The position numbers and the translations under genes were made by a program. A stretch of 64,000 nucleotides of DNA. Source: the human T2T-CHM13v2.0 reference genome, Homo sapiens. The notes under the pieces were generated by a model that made no database searches, was not told the origin of the DNA, and saw only the letters and a list, made by a program, of their open reading frames with translations. Location of the stretch: NCBI RefSeq assembly GCF_009914755.1, contig NC_060927.1; one strand, written 5' to 3'. Below are positions 57,050 through 64,000 of the stretch, piece after piece (positions within the stretch are counted from its first letter, which is position 1; each line of letters opens with the position of its first letter).

Positions 57050-58545
57050 TCCAAAAAGTAAATTCACAGATCTAAATCCAATAGTCAGTGCCCATGTTAC
57101 CCTATCAAAAACATTTCCAAAGCTGATCACTCCTTCCTCCTGAAGCACTTCCTTCACTTGGAGTCCATCACAAGTGTCTCTGGTTTTTTTTTCTCCCTGA
57201 CTGGTCACTGTTGTTCTCAGTCTGAAGTCCTGGCTTCTGTTCTTGCCCCAGCTTCTTAACATCAGAGTGTCCTAGGGCTCAGTTCTTGGTCCTGTATCTT
57301 CCCTATCATGCACTCTCTGTTAACCCAGTTGTGTTATTTTAAATACTCTCTGGTAGGCCAACAATCTTCAAATGTATCCCAAATCTTCAGCAGAGATCTC
57401 TCCCTGGACCTTTAGGCTCATAACCCTCAACTGGCCATGTACTCTAGGATGGATGTCACAACTTGACATGTCCAAATGGAGCTCTTGATCTTTCCCTCAA
57501 ACTGTCTTTCTCACACTGGTAAATAGCAACAACATACTTCCAGTTGCTCAGGTCAAAAACCTCAGAGTCATCCTGGATTGCTTTCTTTACTTAAGAGATC
57601 ACATTCAACCCCTGAGCAAATCTTGTTGCCTCTCTGTTCAGAATATATCCAGAATCTGACCACTTCTCACTATTTTCAAACCAGCAGCCTTGCACCCCTG
57701 GATTATTATAATGACTTTCTAATCAGTCTCTCTCCTCCTATCCTTATTCCCAAACAGAAAATTCTTAACATAGCAGCCAGAGTGAAGTACTTACACTGTA
57801 AGTCAAAGCATATCAGTTCTCTTTTCAAAATCCTGTAATGGCTTCCCATTTTATTCAGCATAAAAACGTTACAAAAGTATTCAGAGCCAATGTGGTCTGG
57901 CCCATCCATCCCCTCTTTGACAGGCTCTTACTATTCCCTGCTGCTGGATCACTACTTCAGCTATGCAGGCTGCCTTGCAGGAATTCCTTTGCCTCATTTC
58001 TTTCTTTTTTTTTTTTTTTTTTTTTTGGTAGAGACAGGGTCTCACTACGTTGCCCAGGCTGGTCTTGAACTCGGGAGCTCAAGTCAGCCTCCACCTCAGC
58101 CTCCCAAAGTGGTGAGATTACAGGCATGAGCCACATTGCCTGGCCTTCTGTTGCCTTATTGCTTTGCACTTGCTGTTTCCTCTCTTTGGAAACCTCCTCC
58201 CCTAAATATTTAGGTAAATTGTTTTCTTACCTCTTTTAAATCTTTGCTCAAACATTCCTATCTCTGGATAGCTTTCCCTGATGGTCCTGTTTATTATTGC
58301 AACCCACCCACACTTGACACTCTTATCTCCTTTCATGTTTTATTTTTCTCCATAGCATTTACCATCTTCTAGCATTCTGTAAAATTTACTTATTTATTCC
58401 TTAACTCTCCATCTCCCCAGCAAGAAAATAAGATCTACAAGGGTGGAGACTTCTGGTTTGTTTGCATTTTTTGCTGATGTATCCCTGCCATCTAGGACAA
58501 TGCCTTACATACCACAGTTGCTTAGTAAATATTTGCTAAATGAAT
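57050..58545 (+). mobile_element. L2a fragment
   Basis: 'tgatcactccttcctcctgaagcact', 'cagttgctcaggtcaaaaacc', end 'cttagtaaatatttgctaaatgaatg'. Confidence 0.82.
57997..58144 (-). mobile_element. FLAM monomer
   Basis: Poly-T then 'gtagagacagggtctcactacgttgcccaggctgg'. Confidence 0.85.
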
Positions 58546-58972
58546 GCTGATGCCATGTTACAGAGAGTCCTCTATCTCATCCTCTTCTTTATTAAACAAA
58601 TTTTCCTCTCTATTAATTGCTCAAGAAAATGTTTTTTTTTTAAAAAAAAAAGATACAAATAAAAAAACAAAACTAAAAGTCTCTGTTTTCAAATAAATTG
58701 GTCTTAGTATCATACAAAATGTCAAGTTTAGGGCTGGAAATATGGTGAGCTGAGTTGAAAATTGGTTTTAAAAAGAAATAAAAATAAAAATCAACTGGAA
58801 TTAAGACACAAACCTTGTTTTTTAAAATCAAGCAGTCTTCAAAATATTTTACATACATAAAGCTATTTTGTTTAATAGGCAGAGCACTCTTTACTGAGTA
58901 GCTTCTTTGTGGCCTTACACTTTGTCTCAGGAGAGTTTTCTAAAACTAATGACACAAAGAATCAAGAGGTTC

Positions 58973-59225
58973 TCAGGAAGCTGAGGCAGGAGGATTGCTT
59001 AAGCCTAGGATTTGGAGACCAGCCTCAACAGCACAGTGAAATCTCATCTCTAAATAATTTTTTTTAATTAGCCACGTATGGTCGTGCACACCTGCAGTCC
59101 CAGCAATTTCGGAGGCTGAGGTGGGAAGCTCTCTCTTGAACTGAGGAGTTCAAGGCAGTAGTGAGCCATGATCATGCCACTGCACTCTAGCCTGGGTGTA
59201 GACTGAGACTCCATCTCTGAAAAAT
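58973..59225 (+). mobile_element. AluJ, 5'-truncated
   Basis: 'ctgaggcaggaggattgcttaagcc'; TSD-like aagagg. Confidence 0.82.
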
Positions 59226-60834
59226 TGTTCTTTAAAAAGAGGAGGACTTGACGCTAACTTAAATTTTTTTCTTTCTAGCAAAATCTAATCTGGGCTTTTT
59301 ATCAACTGTTAGAATCTTAAATAAAAGAGGTTTTGATAGCAAGCCATAAAATGAAGGTAAAATGACTATGCAGTTAGAAGGTACTTAATGTCAGCTCCTC
59401 ATCTGACTTTTCTGAACAAGCACTTACTTGCCTGTGGTGACTGGGTCTGAAGCCTTCAAGTGTCTACTTTGGACTCAAATATCTTTATTAGTCCTCCCTG
59501 CACATGGACTACAGTACTTTTCACTCATGTCCAGTAAACGTAACTCTCTAGCATGGAGCCCTCGGTGGGACACTTAAATCCTAAGGGATGAAAGGAGGGC
59601 AGGTCTCGGTGTTTCCCAATCCATGCTTTTCTCTACACAGAAAAATATTCACCTTTAATGTCCAGATCTATGTGTGTCTTAAAGAGTGGGGAGATGGGAG
59701 TCATGCATATTTAAAATGGTCTTTCTTCTTTATTTCCTATGGCATAACTTTGTTGGAAGTGTTCAATTGTCTAGAAAATAATAATAATAATTTGTTTTAA
59801 AAAAAGTCTAGTATTTGAACATTAGAACTTTGAAATAACTTATTTTACTGCCCAAAAAGAAAATGTCACTTTTCAAAGAAAATTATGTGTTTTGGTAAAA
59901 AATATATATATATATATGAGTAGTTTCTAATCAAAAAGAGGTTAGTCTTGGGCTCTGGTCTCAACCTGTCTTCAGATTCAATCCCTACTCCAGTTACTTC
60001 AGCTTCCAGTGATAATCCACAAAGCTTGTGTGCTTTCTATGTGCCAGCTATTAAGGGCCTCCTTAATGTGCCAGATGTCAGGCAAATAATTCTGTCAGTG
60101 TGATGTTACCTGGCTTGTCCAGATGTCTTCATCAACAACAGTGATCTGTCCATGGAACTTTTAATTTTTAATCTTCAAAATTTACCTATTCTGCATTTCA
60201 TCTCCTTAGACCTATGATTTTTCTTTCCAAGAGTCAATTATTCTTTTTGGTTTAATGTATTACATCTTGAGATATGACTGTTCTAACAAAGGAAGATCCC
60301 TAGTGCAGGGAATTGAGGCACCTAAAACGACACTGTTATAGTGAAAAAAGAACATTAGATTATGAGTAAGAAGACTTTGGCTTGAGTCTCAGCTCTATTA
60401 TTTATTAGCTATATGGTCTTAAGTAAGTCACTTAAATTCCTCAAACATCTGTTGCTACATACTCTCCCTATTTGATGTGGTAGAGATAAGATCACAGAAT
60501 AATATGTTCAAATAATATTATAGCATTCTCAACAAACCCAACATTATATTATTGACTATGTGGATGGATTTAGGGAAAGGTAGCCCTTTTTGTGACCTTC
60601 GGATCGCACTGTCTATGTGCTGCCTACACCACCCACATTTAGAGCTGTACCTATGTACGTGTATCAAAAAATAGATTCTGAATAACACGAGTGATTGCCA
60701 TGATCACAGAGGAACTATTATTAAAAATATTACTTTGATTAAAAATGTCAGTTTTGAGAAGCTTTTAAAATCTTCCACCAGTGCTAACCTGACATCAATG
60801 ACATTTCAATATTCGTTTTTAAAAGTTGGCTTTC

Positions 60835-61087
60835 CCAAACACCACATGTTCTCACTTGTAAGTGAGAGTTGAACAATGAGAATAAATGGACACATGGAGG
60901 GGAACATCACACACTGGGGCCTGTCAGGGGGTCAGGGGCTAGGGGAGGGATAGCATTAAGAGAAATACCTAATGTAGATGACAAGCTGACGGGTGCAGCA
61001 AACCACCATGACATGTGTATACCTATGTAACAAACCTGCACGTTCTGCACATGTATCCCAGAGCTTAAAGTACAATTTAAAAAAAAA
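60835..61087 (+). mobile_element. L1PA (PA7-like) 3' end
   Basis: 'catgttctcact...gttgaacaatgagaa...gggatagcattaagagaaatacctaatgtagatgac...aacctgcacgttctgcacatgtatcccaga'. Confidence 0.92.
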
Positions 61088-61093
61088 GTTGGT

Positions 61094-61390
61094 GGCCGGG
61101 CGCGATGGCTCACACCTATAATCCCAGCACTTTGGGAGGCCGAGACGGGCGGATCATGAGGTCAGGAGATCGAGACCATCCTGGCTATCACGGTGAAACC
61201 CTGTCTCTACTAAAAATGCAAAAAAATAGCCAGGCGTGGTGGTGGGCACCTGTAGTCCCAGCTACTCGTGGGAGGCTGAGGCAGGAGAATGGTGTGAACC
61301 CGGGAGGCAGAGCTTGCACTGAGCCGAGATCGCGCCACTGCACTCCAGCCTGGGTGACAGAGCAAGACTCCGTCTCAAAAAAAAAAAAAC
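61094..61390 (+). mobile_element. AluY
   Basis: 'gagaccatcctggcta', 'agaatggtgtgaacccggg'; TSD aaaagttggt. Confidence 0.92.
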
Positions 61391-63400
61391 AAAAGTTGGT
61401 TTTTATTTATATCTTTATTTAACTGAGCTTTGCATCTTGTGCATTTGTAAAAGACAGTGGCTTTCAGTAATCTTTTAGTTCCCAAATAAATTTGTTTGAA
61501 AATTTATCATCATCCCTATATATGTAAACATTTTCCCAATAGTTGAATGCCCAGACTTTTCTTCATATAGAGCATAGTAACACGAAAACCTACTTATATA
61601 AGAGTATTATTAAGTATTGAGATTTTTTCTTCATGAAGTGTGCATTTTGTCCATTGTTTTCAAATAAGTTTACAGGTCAAAATAAAGCTTTCTATGGTGA
61701 TGATGAATAAACGAAGCCTTCTATGGTGAAAATGAGATTTTGATCTCCACCTCAGAAAATTAGAGGATTTGCTATAAAACCAAGAATGAATGATATTCAC
61801 TCACTCATTCACCCAATATCTGTTAGTGATCTTTTATTGACAGAGTTATTTGCCTGACATTTGGCATAAAGCAGTGAACAAAATACACAATCAGTTTCTG
61901 TTTTCACAGAGCTCACATTCTCCATTGTACAAAATACAATCCTAGGTGGAGATGTAACCAAATGAGCCCTCTGAAACCTTAGATGGGTGTGTGTTTGTAC
62001 ACACACCTGTGTATATATGTATGCATGTATCATACACTTTTTGAAGCTGAAATCACATTTTAGAATGAAGTGGGAGAGGAGAAATGGGCTGTATGTTCCT
62101 CATGTGCAGAAAATATTCCCTGAGGGGTTTACCATGCTAACTAGAAAATTACTGAGTCATTATTTTCTCCGCTCAACATTCCATCCCTCAAAATCTCTCA
62201 AATCTTACAGCTGACATTTACCCCAGCTCAATACCCACCCAGTCTAATGGGAAGTCCTTGCTGCTGAAGCACCACTCATACCATTTATAATGCTACACCA
62301 CATTCAACCTCTTTACTAATCATGCAATTTCCATTTAAGTTTTCTGATTTACATACCAACTTCACCTTTCACTTTTCTCAACCTGCGGTCTGATCTTCCC
62401 CCTTCTTAGCAACATGGAGTTCCTTTTCTATCTGGTTCATCAACCTTCCTTCTAGGCTCCCAACTCCTCATTTCTACAAAATCACTTCTCATGTCTTCCA
62501 TCTCTTTTTCCTTTACCTCCAATTACCCCATCCTTTTATCAAACACATAAATATTAAAAAACAAAAATGGCAGTTCATTATCTTAGAGACACGGGTTACC
62601 TGAAATTGCAACTGGGCAACCATTCTCTAAAGATCTAAAGATCTCACTGACATAAGCAGAAGAACCATCCCCAACTGTTGTTTTTTGGCTGGCTACAGGG
62701 CACAGATAACAAATGGTTCAATGAATGTCATTTCTACTGTAAATAAATCTTGTAAATCTTACTGACAGTGAGAAAATAACATTGTCAAGGGGAAAGTTAA
62801 AATATTTGAAAACAAATAATCTTAAGAATATGGTCCTCGTGTTCAGCCATATTTCCTTACACAATGTCTTTCTTGGACTTTCTTTTCTTAACAATAATAA
62901 TAAAATATTAATTTAAAATCATAATATAGTATTTTATAGTTTAAAAAAATTTCCTCATATATGATCTCTTAAGAAATATGGGTGGCAATAATGGTGATTA
63001 ATTACTATATCTATTTTACAAAGCAGCAACTCATGTGACTGCCTTTGGCCACCCACCTAAGTGGAGGGTTGAGAAATAAAATCCAAGCCTTCTAAAATGG
63101 CAACATAAGATGATTCATTACAGTAGCACATGGTGGTACACATTTTATCTGAACTACAAAATGGGAATAATAATAGCACCATTCTAATAGATTGCTTTAA
63201 GAATTAAATGATATGATTCATAGTAAACACTCAATAAACTCTAGCTGTTTTGTTATTTATTATTATTACAATAGCTGGTAGCATCACTCATATAAACTTT
63301 CTTTAAAATTTAGCAATAAATATATGCTTCTCCTGGTAAATTCAGGCCCAACACATGTGAAGAACTTGGAGTCTATTGATATTTTAATAGATGTATATCA

Positions 63401-63682
<282 letters not shown>

Positions 63683-63736
63683 TTAGAGCCCTTCTAGCAG
63701 AAATGAGGTATATCCCACTAAAAAAAAAAAAAAAAT

Positions 63737-64000
63737 TTAGATACAGGGTCTCACTCTGTCACCCAGGCATGGGTTCAGTGGTGTGATCATAGCTCACTGT
63801 AACCTTGAACTCTTGGGCTAAAGTGATCTTCCCAACTCAGTTTCCCAAGTAGCTAGGACTACAGATGCATGCCACCACACCAGATAACTAAAAACAAAAC
63901 TATTTTTTACACATGGTGTCTCACCATGTTGTCCAGGCTGGTCTTGAACTCCTGGCCTCAAGTGATCCTTTCACCTCAGCTTCCCAAGGCAATGAGATAA
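63737..64000 (-). mobile_element. AluJ, running off the window end
   Basis: 'agggtctcactctgtcacccagg...gatcatagctcactg'. Confidence 0.85.

Overview
This is primate, most likely human, nuclear DNA: 64 kb of AT-rich, repeat-dense intergenic or deep-intronic sequence. I can support no protein-coding gene; the longer ORFs I checked fall in Alu, L2, LTR or low-complexity DNA. The window holds about 28 Alu/FLAM copies, several L1 and L2 fragments, MaLR/ERV LTRs (MLT1, THE1B, THE1C plus internal sequence, LTR8A, MER21), hAT/Tigger fossils and a truncated SVA. The most unusual structure is at 7661-8234: an old nuclear mitochondrial insertion (tRNA-Cys, OL, tRNA-Asn) inside an L1PB. It is preceded by about 17 copies of a 23-bp unit built from the first bases of the mt tRNA-Cys plus an inverted copy of the L1 flank, which looks like a minisatellite born at the integration junction by fold-back synthesis. 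Other template-switch-like scars include a ~330-bp inverted copy of 3818-4137 inserted at 9598-9930. Repeat subfamily names and mtDNA comparisons are from memory of consensus sequences, and boundaries of old repeats are approximate.
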